NCBI RefSeq assembly: GCF_004010195.1
Contig: NC_057712.1
Location: 39,234,395 to 39,298,394 of the forward strand
Direction: 5' to 3'
From: Chiloscyllium plagiosum
Taxonomy: Eukaryota
DNA: 64,000 nucleotides
Below are positions 26,991 through 39,088 of the stretch, in pieces. Each line of letters starts with the position of its first letter. The first letter of the stretch is position 1. A program made the position numbers and the translations under genes. A model generated the notes under the pieces. The model was not told the origin of the DNA, ran no database searches, and saw only the letters and a list, made by a program, of their open reading frames with translations.

Positions 26991-29179
26991 ATTCACTAAT
27001 TTTCTTCCTGGTAATCAACTTCCTAACCATTCATGAGGTATCTGAGCAAATCACATGAACTATCAAGCTTGGATGACAGTCCATTGACCTACTGGATATA
27101 ATTGAGGTGCAGAAGGACGGACATTGTCAGCATGGAATTGTAGCTGCTTCAGGGTCCAATTTAAAATGGAAACAAATAGTGGCATCAGAAATTTTTCTTT
27201 GAGACTGCAAAAATTGCAAATTTTGGTTCCATTATTTCAGAAAAGTCAGAGAAAAACCAGGAAATTTGAAACCTATAAATTTAACAGCTCTTGTGGGGAA
27301 TCATCTAGACCACGCTGGAGCTCAATTGGGCAGGAAACAAAAACTCAGTCTCCTGATTGCAGGTTGAAGTTTTGCTAAGAAGTTCTCATAACCTTTCAGG
27401 CAGGTCATCATGATGGTCAGGAACCTTTTTTTGCATTCATTACATGTCATGAACACTCAATGACAGCACACCTTGTGGAAATTAGTGAATTACTGAAATG
27501 TAATTATATATATGAGGCATGTACCTGGTGGTGTGCACTTCTTCTCTGAAGTTCCAGTGAGTACAAACCTTTTCACTAACTTGGCTCCTTCATAACCAAA
27601 CTGTTTCTTTGAACAAATGCTTACAGTATAATGGATGAAGTTTGTCTATGTCACCCAGCTCATATGAACTCTTAGTTGTATGCAGTCTTGCTTGTTGTTC
27701 TTAAATGCAATGTCAGACATGAACCCTCACCAGGTCAACTAGCTCATGAGAAGTCAATACCATATGTGGTCTTGCTTGTAGTTCTTGAACTCTCACAATG
27801 TAACACATAGTGCATCATTGGGTCAACAAGCCTGCCAAGTGAGACAGGTGCATAGGCTGATGTCAGCCATCGTGATGTGGGGAGGTAAGCAGGGCTCAAC
27901 TCAAAACAGGCACCACCAAAACAAAAGGTTCAGATACAAAGATGGGTTAGATAGAAAGAAACTAAATTTAAAGGGTGTGATTGTTGGGAGTAGTGGAAGA
28001 ATTTTGCGGAATTGATGGTGGAAGTTGAGATGCAGAAGAGAGAATCATAGTGAGAGGGACACAGAAGACAAGGGAAGGTGAGAGCATATATATTTAGTGT
28101 GAGGAAAACAATCAGGCAATGAACATTGTTCCATCTCAGTTGTGTGGCCTCTCTGAAGTTCTGTGCATACTGATGCATTGTTTTCCGGCTTCTGAAGTCA
28201 CTGAAAATGCATGTACTTTGGAGATCTGCACAATCAAAAGAAAGAGAGAGAATATCGGGAATGTGGTGCATTGGTGAGGGAGAGACAGCAGGTGAATTGA
28301 ATAAAGGATGGCATATAAGGAGTAGAAGTATCAAGGGAAATAGTGAAAGCACTGATAGTCACAAGGGCAAACTGAAGAAAGATAAAAGGAATGACAGAGG
28401 AATGGAGCGTGATGAAAGGAAAAGTGCAGTTTGGAGGGGAAAGGAGAGGCTGAATGACTCAAACATTTGGAACAATGATCTCTCTTTTAAGTTGTCTCAC
28501 AAAGAAGGCTTTACAGGGAATGAACAGTTCATATATTACGGGGCCTGACATGTGTTTGCACGTGCTCCTCCGCAGCACACCCATATGAGGAAAACCAGAT
28601 AGAAACTGAAAAATACTATTCAATGAGTGTGCACTGAAGGACTTAATTCTGAAGCGAAACATTCGCAGCAGTATAAAGGCAAACAATCTATTAACTCTCA
28701 AAATTATTTTCCCACCCATGTCCCATCTTTTCTTTAACTCTGAGAAGAAGTGGCGTAAGTATGATATGTGGGGTCATTTCACATGCAGGAGTATTCATAG
28801 GCCCATGTATCTACACATTTCAGACATGGGATGGAACTATCGCACATTGGGGCTATATTGCAAAAGACAAAAAGATCAATATCAGACTAAGCTAATTGCT
28901 GCATGCAAAGAAAGCAATGTAAAGATCAAGGCTACAATGATCTTGCACATATCAGAATGAGAAAGAGGCAAACCAGTCATGAAGGATGCAGCTCATGTAG
29001 TAATGGCTATAGGGCAGGTTTTCACCCAACATATGTGCAGCCTGATAAGGGTAAATGACTATATCACAATCTCAAATGGAGAACAAACATTTCATTCTTG
29101 ATAACTCTTCTCAGATCAGTACTTCAATGCCCAATGGTTATCCTACATAGTTCAGCAGCTGTAACAGCATTACCAAGGT

Positions 29180-29840
29180 TAAGAAGAAGAAGGGAAAGAA
29201 GATGGAGGAAGAGAAGAAGAAAAAAGAATGCTCAGCACAAACAGAACTGTGTGACTGGGGAGGTAACACTCTGCCTGTGGCACTGAATATAACAACGGCA
29301 GCCGCTCCTTTCAAAACTCAACTGAAACATGCAACATTTTCCATTGGCAGCCCTATGAGTGCATTTGTGGGTTTGCTGATGCCCTTTACAGAAAAGCAGT
29401 ACAGATTATCCAATTCACCATGGACCTAGGGAGACAAGGTGCCCAAGCTATCTGATTTTCAGCCATCTCACTGGGTTCCTTCAGGTAAAAGGAGCTATCA
29501 GCTGAATGCATTTGGCACTCAGAGATCCATAACACCATCTGGCCAGATTCCTGAATGGGAAGAGATGTTATTTTCTCATTGTCCAGCTCATTTCTAATGA
29601 CAGTTAACAAGTCCTGCAGATGTGCACTTGCTATCCAGTGAGCTTTCACAACACTTACATACTGCACAACCACCTGTTTCCTCAAATGTTTGCACCTTGC
29701 AGCATCTCCAGGGCTAGCTCATGGGTAATGGGGATATCCAGAAAGACATGGTTAATGATCCCAGTGTACAGCCCTCAACCAGATGCTGAACAGTCTACAA
29801 TACTGCCCTTGCCTCCAATACAGCCATGAGTGAACAGACA
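29180..29840 (+). mobile_element. PIF/Harbinger transposase fossil (DDE_Tnp_4/HARBI1-like)
   Basis: One frame reads GFLQVKGAIS*MHLALRDP*...FLNGKRCYFLIVQLISND...QMCTCYPVSFHNTYIL, later KTWLMIPV..PQPDAE. This follows the Harbinger order GAIDCTH / NRKGxHSxNVQ / PGSxHD / WLMTP. Confidence 0.8.
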
Positions 29841-30711
29841 ATACAGGTAGAGGGAAATTATTTCCCATTTCATGGAGAATCTGGGACAAATGCCAATAAG
29901 CATAAAATCAGATCCAATTCATACAGAAGTTAGGTAACCCATTCAAATGGTGGAAACTCTCCGACAAAAGCAGTACATCATAGCTCAATTATTACATTTT
30001 AAATCTGGAATCAATAGACTTTTGCGAAACAAGGATAATAAAGGGCACAGAACCAAGGTAAGTGAATGGAGTTACAGTGTTATACAGAATAGCTATGATC
30101 TAATTGAATAGTGGAATAGGTTTGAGGGCCTGCAATTCCTCTTCGTGTTCCTGTGTTCCCATTGAATGGCACTGACTGCTCTTTGAAACACTATTTGAAG
30201 TGAAATTATTTTGAGCATAATGAATGTTCCAGAAGGACAGTGGAAAACTGGTAAATGTATAGCCACTAAATTGTATGCCAATTTAAAGCAATGTTTGTAT
30301 GTACAGCTGTTTTGTTGCCTACCTGAAAACCGTAACAAAAATGTTAAATTGAAAACCGCCTTCCAGGTGAAAAAAGTCATGTACACTTTGGCACTTGCTT
30401 TATTACTAGATAATGTCTGAACAAGATAACGTGCTTGGCTGCTGGAGCGAAATGGAATCGAGACTCCATTACTGTAAATTATTTATGAAAGGAACAGCTC
30501 CATTAGTCAGACTGTATTTTTAAAAACTGGTCAGAAGATATTCAAAGCGTATGTTATAGTCAAAGTACATTGTTGCAAGAGCTTGTTAAAAATTTAGATA
30601 AGTTGTTAAGTTTTTTTTAACTTCAATTATTGTTTGTTTGCCTAATTTAGTTAGTATTATCTTGAAAAATGTTAAAGAAAAGACAATTGCTGGACTCTTT
30701 TTTTCTCAAAG

Positions 30712-30728
30712 AACTGGATGACAAGGAG
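30712..30728 (+). other. Candidate 17-nt micro-exon of the NHL gene
   Basis: Pyrimidine tract + caaag acceptor, perfect GAG|GTAAGT donor, then an 80-nt intron to the tttattag acceptor ending at 30808. Confidence 0.55.
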
Positions 30729-30823
30729 GTAAGTTTTTAGATATTGTATATTCTCAATGAAGTTTCATGCGATCTGATCCTCAGTCAATAATTTTATTTA
30801 TTTATTAGGCAACACTGAATCAT

Positions 30824-31348
30824 ATGGACAAGGAATGGAAAATGTCTGGAATCAGGCAAATTTTCTTTAACAGACTGATTGGTGAAGTTGGAAAACCTGG
30901 TTATGGGCCTGGACAGTTTATGTGGCCCAGTTCTCTAACAGTGACAACTTCTGGGGAGCTGGTAGTTAAAGACAGTGGAAACGATAGGATCCAGATCTTC
31001 AGCTCTGAAGGACTCTACAAACATGGCTTTTCTTATGAACCAGCAACAATAAAATGCTTGGGTGATGTTAAAGCTACCAGAGAAGGACAGTTACTAATTT
31101 CCAATGGAGCTAAAGCGATCAAAGTGTTTGCTCAAGACGGGCGATTAATCCACCAACTAACAACATCAAATGTCAACTGGAAACACTCATATGGATTATC
31201 AGTATTGCCAAATAATGATCTGGCAGTAACTGACTGGTCAGAACAAGGGAAGGTCCACATTATGAGTCGAGATTGGAAAGAAAATAACATTTTAAATATT
31301 GATACAATTGAGGGATTTTATCGGCCTACCTGTGTAGCAGTTAGAAAG
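30824..31348 (+). CDS. NHL-repeat beta-propeller protein (TRIM32/NHLRC1-like NHL domain), exon A; exon acceptor at 30808/30809
   Basis: 175 open codons with NHL blades (GPGQFMWPSSLTVTTSGELVVKDSGNDRIQIF; HSYGLSVLPNNDLAVTD); phase-0 donor AAG|GTGTGT. Confidence 0.88.
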
Positions 31349-33559
31349 GTGTGTGTGTGAAAGTTACATCTTAAATCTATGTTTAACCTTCAAAAAACAA
31401 AGTTATGGAGGTAAAGTATCTTGAAAAATTTGTCATTGATGTATTTGGTAAAATAATAGTGCCTTTGAACTGCTGATTTTGATTGTTACCATTAACATTC
31501 CATCACTATTCATCTTTCACCTCTGTATTCTCTTTTATCAATGATACTTTCTTTTTTCTTGTTATGGACCAAGACTGACAGACTGCATTCCTTTATTCTT
31601 CTTGCCTTCTGTCCGTGAACAGAATTGTTTAATTTTGAAAAGACTAAAATTTGTAGTTAAATCTTAAATATGAACCAGCAGTAATTTTCATGTCTCATCC
31701 TAGGTCATCTGCAACTTTACAGTCTTCCAAACAAAAAGTAAAATGAATTTCAAGTCAATGAATATTAAAGTCGAACAATATAGGTATCATTTTGCATGAA
31801 GAGCAGAGTCCAATTAGCTGGAATCAGGGGCCGTAGAGATCTTTCAATGCTGGCTGATAAGGCAGCAGGTGAGACAGCAGTTCCTGGTGATGTTTGCAGG
31901 CAGAGAATCAGTTTGCTTTCCGGATGAATTGCAGATTCTTTGGAAGCATGTTTTGAGGCTCTTAACTTTCAGGCAGGTGTAACTGTTAGCCTGGAATCTG
32001 TTGCCTTTTTGGCTAGTGGTAAGAGGCTAATTCAAAGGTTCAGAATGCGTGATTAAACTTGCAAATTCCAAATGAATTTTAATCCCATTACATTGCCCAT
32101 CAATCAGTGTCTGATGAGTTTTTCAAGTTAATGAAGGTGCTTCTGCATCTCTGGTCAGATATGTTGGACACTCTTTAGAAGATGGATAGTTACTTTCAGC
32201 ACCTATGTCAGCAAAATGAGTTTCAAGAGGTCTTTTTTGTTACAGACCCAGGCTTAGAGACAGGAGTCTGAGCTCTCTTGATTTCAATCTTCTCAGTATG
32301 ACCACACAACAACAGCTGAAAAACTCTACAAGGGTGTGTTGTCTCAACATGTCCCTCTGCAATCCCATGTTAGAAACTTCAGGAACTTTAACCATCTTCC
32401 AAGTCTGTGGCAACCATTCTAAAAATCCAGTAAAGCCAATATTTAAAAGAAGAGGGATATAGAGTTTTAATGATTTTTAATATCCCATAGACATGATCAT
32501 CATAACCTCTGTGACTCCCAGAGTCCAATAGGACCTGATGGGAGTGGCAAACATTATTAATTCAAGTTGTATTTTAAGTGTTTTTTTAATTACTTAAGGT
32601 TGACATCATTGTAATAAAGCTACAGTTGGTGTTCAGCTATCCCAGCATGTGTCACACTGTACAGGAAAGGAGAGGAGTAAAGAGATAAAGTACTTCTTAG
32701 CAACAGTGAAGAGTGATGGTGTTGTATAGCTTATTTGATCTTTTGCTTGCTTCATTCTTAACCAGACATTTATGCCAATAAATGAACTGACATGCATTAG
32801 TTAGTTTAATATGAATTTATTTTGATATGGATTTATACCAAGTATTAACAGCAAAATGAAGTGCCTGCAATGTGAAAGAAAAATGAACAGGATGGTTTAC
32901 AGAGACATGAGATGAAAATCTACAGCAAACTAAAGAGTGAGATGAAAGGATGGGTGACCAGGAAAAGGTAAATAAGTATATTTTTAAAAAGTGTCATTAA
33001 GGAGGAGTAGGAAGTGTAAGGGTTTAGCTAAGCAATTCTGGATCATTAGGTCTAAATAATTGAAGACATAATGACACAATGTTGAAGCAAAGGCCAAGTG
33101 CTTGAAAGGAATGCAGAATTCCAGGACAGATTGTAGGAGACTTCAGGAGGCTACAGAGATAAGGTGTATCAGGCATGAAGAATTTAAAACAAATTAGGTT
33201 TTTAAATTTTGAGGCTAAGGTGGAGGGGATATTAGGATTCAGTGTTTGTCAATGAGGAAAGAAGAGAATGACACTAAGTGAGATGCATATTTGGAGAGCT
33301 AGAGCAGGCATGATAAGCTAAGTAGTTCCCATGTGTAAAACAAGTCTGTGATTTAGGGCAGATTGCTGAGAGGATCTTTGTAAGGAATACATACATGCAT
33401 CAGAGTTTCACATGAGTTGAAGTGGAAAGCCGATAAGATAGGTTTTTAGAATAGTTATTGTCAATGGTTAACTATCCAATTTGCAACTCATCTAATAGGT
33501 GAACAATTACATTTGGCCTCATTGGCCTGCTTCCATTCTGCTGCACCGTGTCATGGCTA

Positions 33560-35194
33560 AGGGAGGGACAGGACTGGCAGCTTACGGTTCCAGGGTACTG
33601 GTGCTTTAGGCAGGACAGCGGTGGAGGAAAGAGGGGGAGTTGAATTTTTGATTAGTGCGTGTGTCACAGCAGTAGTTAAAGATGAAATAACTGAAGGAAT
33701 GTCCAGTGAGGCTTTGTGGATGGAGCTAAGAAATAAGAAGGGGATGGTGACATTATTGGGGTTGTACTATAGGCCTCCAAGCAGTCAACGGGAATAGAGG
33801 AACAATAATGCAGGGAGATTCGGCAGACTTGCAGGAGCACTAGGGTTGATATAATATGGGATTTTAATTTTCCTAACATAGCATTAAACGCTTAGGTGGG
33901 GTGGAATTTGTTAGTGTGTCCAGGGAAATTTCCTCAAACAATATGTAGAGAGTTCTACTCAGGAAGGGCAAAACTTGATCTAATCTTGGTAAATAGGGCA
34001 GGACAGGTGACTGAGGTGACAGTGAGGGAGCACTTCAGGACCAGTGACCATAGTTCTATTAGTTTTAAAACAGTTATGGAGATGGACAAAACTGATCCAC
34101 AGGTTCAAGTTCTAAACTTGAAACTAAAATTGGCACGCTAATTTTTTAGGAATTAGACAAGAGCTTGAGGGGGTTGACTGGTGTAGTTTATTTGCAGGTA
34201 AAGGGACCTTCGGCAAGTGGGAGGCCCTTCAACATGTGATAGCTAGATTCATATGTTCCTATGAGGGTGAAGGATAAAGTTGGCAGGAATAGGGAACCCT
34301 GGATGACCAGAGATATTGAGGCTTTGACCAGAAAAAAGGAGGCTTGGCTCAAGTACAGGCAGCTGGGATCAAGGGAATCCCTGGACATATACAGGGAACA
34401 CAGGAGGTTACTGAAGAAGGAAATCAGGAGGGAGAAAAGGGAGCATGAGATAGCCTTGGCTGAGAAGATTAGGATGAATCCAAAGAGTTTCTTCAAGTAT
34501 ATTAAAGAAAAAAGAATAACTAGAGAGAGATTGAGACCCCTCAAGGACCAAAGTGGATATGTATGTGTAGAACTGCAGGAGATGGGCGAAGTCTTCAATG
34601 AGTATTTCTCTTCTGTGTTTACAATGGAGAAAGACATTAAGACTTGGAAACTTGGGGAAGTTAGTGGTGATATCTTGGGGACAGTCCATATCACAGTAGA
34701 GGAGGTATTGGATGTATTGGAATGTGTGCAAGTAGACAAAACTCCTGGTCCTGAAATTGCGGGAGCCCTGGCTGATATTTTTGCATCATCATTAGCCTTC
34801 CAGGTGAGGTCCCAGAAGAGTGGAGGGTAGTGAATGTTGTACCCTTATTCAAGAAGGATTGCAAAGAAAAATCTGGGAACTATAGACCAGTAAGCCTAAA
34901 TATGTAGTAGATAAGTTACTTGAGTAGATTCTGAGAGATAAGATATCCATGCATTTGGAAAGACAGGGTTTGATTAGGAATAGTCAGCATGGCTTTGTGC
35001 ATGGGTCATCATGCCTTACAAATTTTATTAGAGTTCTTTGATGAAGTGACCAGGAAGGTTGACGAAGGTAGGGTGACAGGACATAGTCTATTCGGATTTC
35101 AGTAAGGCTTTTGATAAGGTTTCACATGGTAGGCTGCTTTGGAAGGTTAGATTAGTTGGAATCCAGGGGAAGCTGGCAAGTTGGATGTGCAATT
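33560..35194 (+). mobile_element. CR1 ORF2 (endonuclease to RT), 5' half of an interrupted copy
   Basis: LDLILVN, SDHSSISF, NPKSFFKYI, DFSKAFDKV; resumes at about 37305. Confidence 0.88.
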
Positions 35195-35967
35195 AGAGTC
35201 ATAGAGATGTACAGTACAGGAACAGACCCTTCAGTCTAACTCGTCCATGCTGACAAGATATCCAAACCTAATCTACTCCCATTTGCCAGCACTTGACCCA
35301 TATCCCTCTAAACTCTTCCTATTCATGTACCCATCTAAATGCCTTTTAAATGTTATAGTTGTACCAGCCTCCACCACTTCCTTTGGCAGCTCATTCCATA
35401 AACACACCACCCTCTGTGTGAAAAAGTTGACCCTTTGGTACCTCTTAAGCTTTGCGCTCTCACCCTAAACCTATGCCCTCTAGTTCTGGACACCCCCACA
35501 TGAGGGAAAAGACCTTGTGTGTTTATCCTGTTCAGGCCCCTCACAATTTTATAACCCTGCTGTGGTTCTGTTCGCCGAGCTGGAAGTTTTTGTTGCAAAC
35601 GTTTCGTCCCCTGTCTAGGTGACATCCTCAGTGCTTGGGAGCCTCCTGTGAAGCCCTTCTGTGGTGTTTCCTCCGGCATTTATAGTGGCCTGTCCCTGCC
35701 GCTTCCGATTGTCAGTTTCAGCTGTCCGCTGTAGTGGCCGGTATATTGGGTCCAGGTCGATGTGTTTGTTAATGGAGTTTGTGGATGAGTGCCATGCTTC
35801 TAGGAATCCCCTGGCTGTTCTTTGTTTGGCTTGCCCTATAATGGTAGTGGTGTCCCAGTCAAATTCATGTTGCTTGTCGTAGCAACATGAATTTGACTGG
35901 GACAACACTACCATTATAGGGCAAGCAAAACAAAGAACAGCCAGGGAATTCCCAGAAGCATGGCACT

Positions 35968-36485
35968 NNNNNNNNNNNNNNNNNNNNNNNNNNNNNNNNN
36001 NNNNNNNNNNNNNNNNNNNNNNNNNNNNNNNNNNNNNNNNNNNNNNNNNNNNNNNNNNNNNNNNNNNNNNNNNNNNNNNNNNNNNNNNNNNNNNNNNNNN
36101 NNNNNNNNNNNNNNNNNNNNNNNNNNNNNNNNNNNNNNNNNNNNNNNNNNNNNNNNNNNNNNNNNNNNNNNNNNNNNNNNNNNNNNNNNNNNNNNNNNNN
36201 NNNNNNNNNNNNNNNNNNNNNNNNNNNNNNNNNNNNNNNNNNNNNNNNNNNNNNNNNNNNNNNNNNNNNNNNNNNNNNNNNNNNNNNNNNNNNNNNNNNN
36301 NNNNNNNNNNNNNNNNNNNNNNNNNNNNNNNNNNNNNNNNNNNNNNNNNNNNNNNNNNNNNNNNNNNNNNNNNNNNNNNNNNNNNNNNNNNNNNNNNNNN
36401 NNNNNNNNNNNNNNNNNNNNNNNNNNNNNNNNNNNNNNNNNNNNNNNNNNNNNNNNNNNNNNNNNNNNNNNNNNNNNNNNNNNNN
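35968..36485. other. Assembly gap (N run)
   Basis: N run. Confidence 1.
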
Positions 36486-36826
36486 AATGTTTGCTGTGGT
36501 TCTGTTCGCCGAGCTGGAGGTTTTTGTTGCAAATGTTTCGTCCCCTGTCTAGGTGACATCCTCAGTGCTTGGGATCCTCCTGTGAAGCGCTACATGAATT
36601 TAACTGGGACAACACTACCATTATAGGGCAAGCGAAACAAAGAACAGCCAGGGAATTCCTAGAAGCATGGCACTCATCCACAAACTCCATCAACAAACAC
36701 ATCGACCTGGACCCAATATACCGGCCACTACAGCGGACAGCTGAAACTGACAACCGGAAGCGGCAGGGACAGGCCACTATAAATGCCGGAGGAAACACCA
36801 CAGAACGGCTTCACAGGAGGCTCCCA

Positions 36827-36868
36827 AGCACTGAGGATGTCACCTAGACAGGGGACGAAACGTTTGCA
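36827..36868 (+). ncRNA. Minimal type-I hammerhead ribozyme motif in the Penelope terminus
   Basis: GCA-CUGAGGA-U-GUCACC-UAGACA-GGGGAC-GAAAC-GUU-UGC: conserved core, stem II, palindromic ACGU, 3-bp stem I. A matching copy lies on the minus strand at about 35594-35634. Confidence 0.7.
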
Positions 36869-37304
36869 ACAAAAACTTCCAGCTCGGCGAACAGAACCAC
36901 AGCAACGAGCACCCGAGCTACAAATCTTCTCACAAACTTTGAACATTTTATAACCCTCTATAAGGTCACCCCTCAGCCTCCAATACTCCAGGAAAACAGC
37001 CCCAGCCTATTCAGCCTCTCCCTAGCTCAAATCCTCCAACCCTGGTAACATCCTTGTAAATCTTTTCTGAATCCTTTCATGTTTCACAACATCCTTCTGA
37101 TATGTCCTCCCATGACCCCCCAACTCCAATACTCAATGCTTTGACCAATAAAGGAAAGCATACCAAACGCTTTCTTTACTATCCTATTTACCTGCAACTT
37201 CACTTTCAAGGAAATATGAACCTGCACTCCAAGAGCCAAGAGCTCTTTGTTCAGCAACACTCCCCAGGACTTTACCATCAAGTATATAAATCCTGCTCTG
37301 ATTT

Positions 37305-38307
37305 GGCTTGATGGTAGGAAGCAGAGAAAGTAGTGGAAGGGTGCTTGTCAGACTGGTGGCATGTGACTGGTGGTGTGCCTCGGGTTGGAGCTAGGCCCAT
37401 TACTATTTGTTATATATATCAATGATTTGGATGAGAATATACAAGGCATAATTAGTAAGATTGCAGATGACACTAAAATAGGGGGTATTGTGGTCAATAA
37501 GGATGGTTATCGGAAATTACAGCAGGACCTTGATAACCTGGGGAAGGGGACTGAGAAATAGCAAATAGAGTTTAATATAGATCAGTGTGAGGTGTTGCAT
37601 TTTGGAAAATCAAATCAACATGAATGATAGGGCCTTAAGGAGTGTAGTGGAACAGAGGGACCTTGGGGTTCGGCTGCATGGTTCTCTGAAAGTGGAGTTA
37701 CAGGTACACAGGGCAGTGAAGAAGGCTTTTGACACTCTGGCCTTCATCAGTCAGGGCTTTGAGTGTAGAAGTTGGAAAGTTATGTTTTAGTTGTACAAGA
37801 CATTGGTGAGGCCGCACGTGGAGTATTATGTTCAGTTTTGGTCAGCTTGTTAAAAGGAAGGATGTGATTAAACTGGAAAAAATTCAAAAGAAATTTACAA
37901 TGATGTTACCAGTCTGACTTATAGGGAGAGGTTGGTCAAGCTAAGAGGTTTTTCTTTTGAGCATAGAAGATTGGGGTGGGGGGGGGGGGGGGCGGAGAAG
38001 TGTATAAGATTGTGAATGGCATGGATAGGGTGAATACACTCAGGTTTTTTTCCCCAGGGTTGGGGAATTGAGGACTAGAGGCCATTAGTTTAAGGTTAGA
38101 GGGGAAAGGATAAAAGGGAACCTGAGGGGCAACTTTTTTACCCAGAGGGTGGTACGCGTACGGAATGCGCTGCCAACAGAAGTAGTTGAGATGGGTGCAT
38201 TCACAACATTTAAAAGGCATTTGGACAAATACATGGATAGGAAAGGTTTAGAAGGTTATGGGCTAAGTGCAGGAAAATGGGGTTAGCATGAATGGACATT
38301 TTGGTTG
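37305..38307 (+). mobile_element. CR1 3' half (RT to 3' UTR); its tail resumes at 39089-39146 after the solo LTR
   Basis: [24 protein letters not shown] and CR1 3' sequence. Confidence 0.88.
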
Positions 38308-39088
38308 TGTTAAGACGGATCCGCGGGGTCCCGTCTTTGCGTGTTCTTTCGGAAGGAGAGACTCATACTAGCAACTACGGTTAGACGCAGATAGCAGTTT
38401 ATTCACAGAATCTTAACTGGTACAACGAATCTACAAGCATGCATTCGTTGGAGAAGGCGTTCTCCCTTCTCGTTCAAACTTGACACAATTATACTTCGCG
38501 CTGCCTGGAGTCCCCGGTCAGTTCGCCTTCCCCATTGGTCCATTCATCTGCGCGCGCTGGGGATCTGTCCTCCTATTGGCCGCATCGAAGTGCCTGTCCA
38601 GCTCCTGCTGTGCTTGACAATGGCTCAGCCATCCCTGGGAGCGGTTCCGATCCCGTATTCAATAGTTCATTGTTTCAAGGAATTACTATGTGTCTGACAG
38701 GCTAGCCATTTTCAATAGTTTCAGTTTAACTAAATTGACAATTACACTTATCCACTTTAGACTTAAATAGAGCCATTCACACTTAACAGTTACAGGTTCC
38801 GATAGAGCAATTCACACTTGTCTAACAGTTACAGATTCCGATCGGTTTCTTTATTAATCCCGAGTTTCGATGGGGCAATTGATACTGGCTGGTATTTACA
38901 GGCTCCAAGATTTAATTAACATTATGCATATCCCTTACAAGCTCCAGCCAGGTAGTCATGCAGTCGCCAGCAGCAGCTCGCTTGGCTGTTGTTAACCACT
39001 TCAGGGCTGGAACTAGAAGTGTCTGTTGCAGAACTAGTGTCACCCTCCCTAGCCCTACATTAAACACCCCAGTGAAATTTCCCCAACA
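38308..39088 (-). mobile_element. 781-bp solo LTR (ERV1- or Gypsy-type)
   Basis: TGTT...AACA termini with 4-bp TSD GTTG (38304-38307, 39089-39092). On the minus strand: CCAAT x2 (38575-38579, 38534-38538), TATAAT (38488-38493), AATAAA (38398-38403); about 35-bp direct repeat at 38768-38841. Confidence 0.85.

Larger units (their letters stand above)
35559..36944. mobile_element. Young Penelope-like element made of inverted terminal segments, with hammerhead cores; spans N gap 35968-36485
   Basis: 13-bp TSD ATTTTATAACCCT (35546-35558, 36945-36957); HEFNWDNTTIIGQAKQRTAREFLEAWHS GIY-YIG C-terminus present in both orientations. Confidence 0.88.
35195..37304 (-). mobile_element. CR1 3' fragment inserted into the plus-strand CR1 and itself interrupted by a Penelope element
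   Basis: Tail agagtcatagagatgtaca at 35195; the host reads ...tggatgtgcaatt|ggcttgatgg... across the insertion. Confidence 0.87.

Noticed and set aside
30452-30479. ATG GAA TCG AGA CTC CAT TAC T|GTAAAT as the first coding exon of the NHL gene
   Set aside because: Splicing to the 17-nt micro-exon creates T+AA, a stop codon, and the donor is weak.
35615-36559. Long ORFs of 314 and 198 aa in the ORF track
   Set aside because: They run through the N gap; the flanks are Penelope termini.
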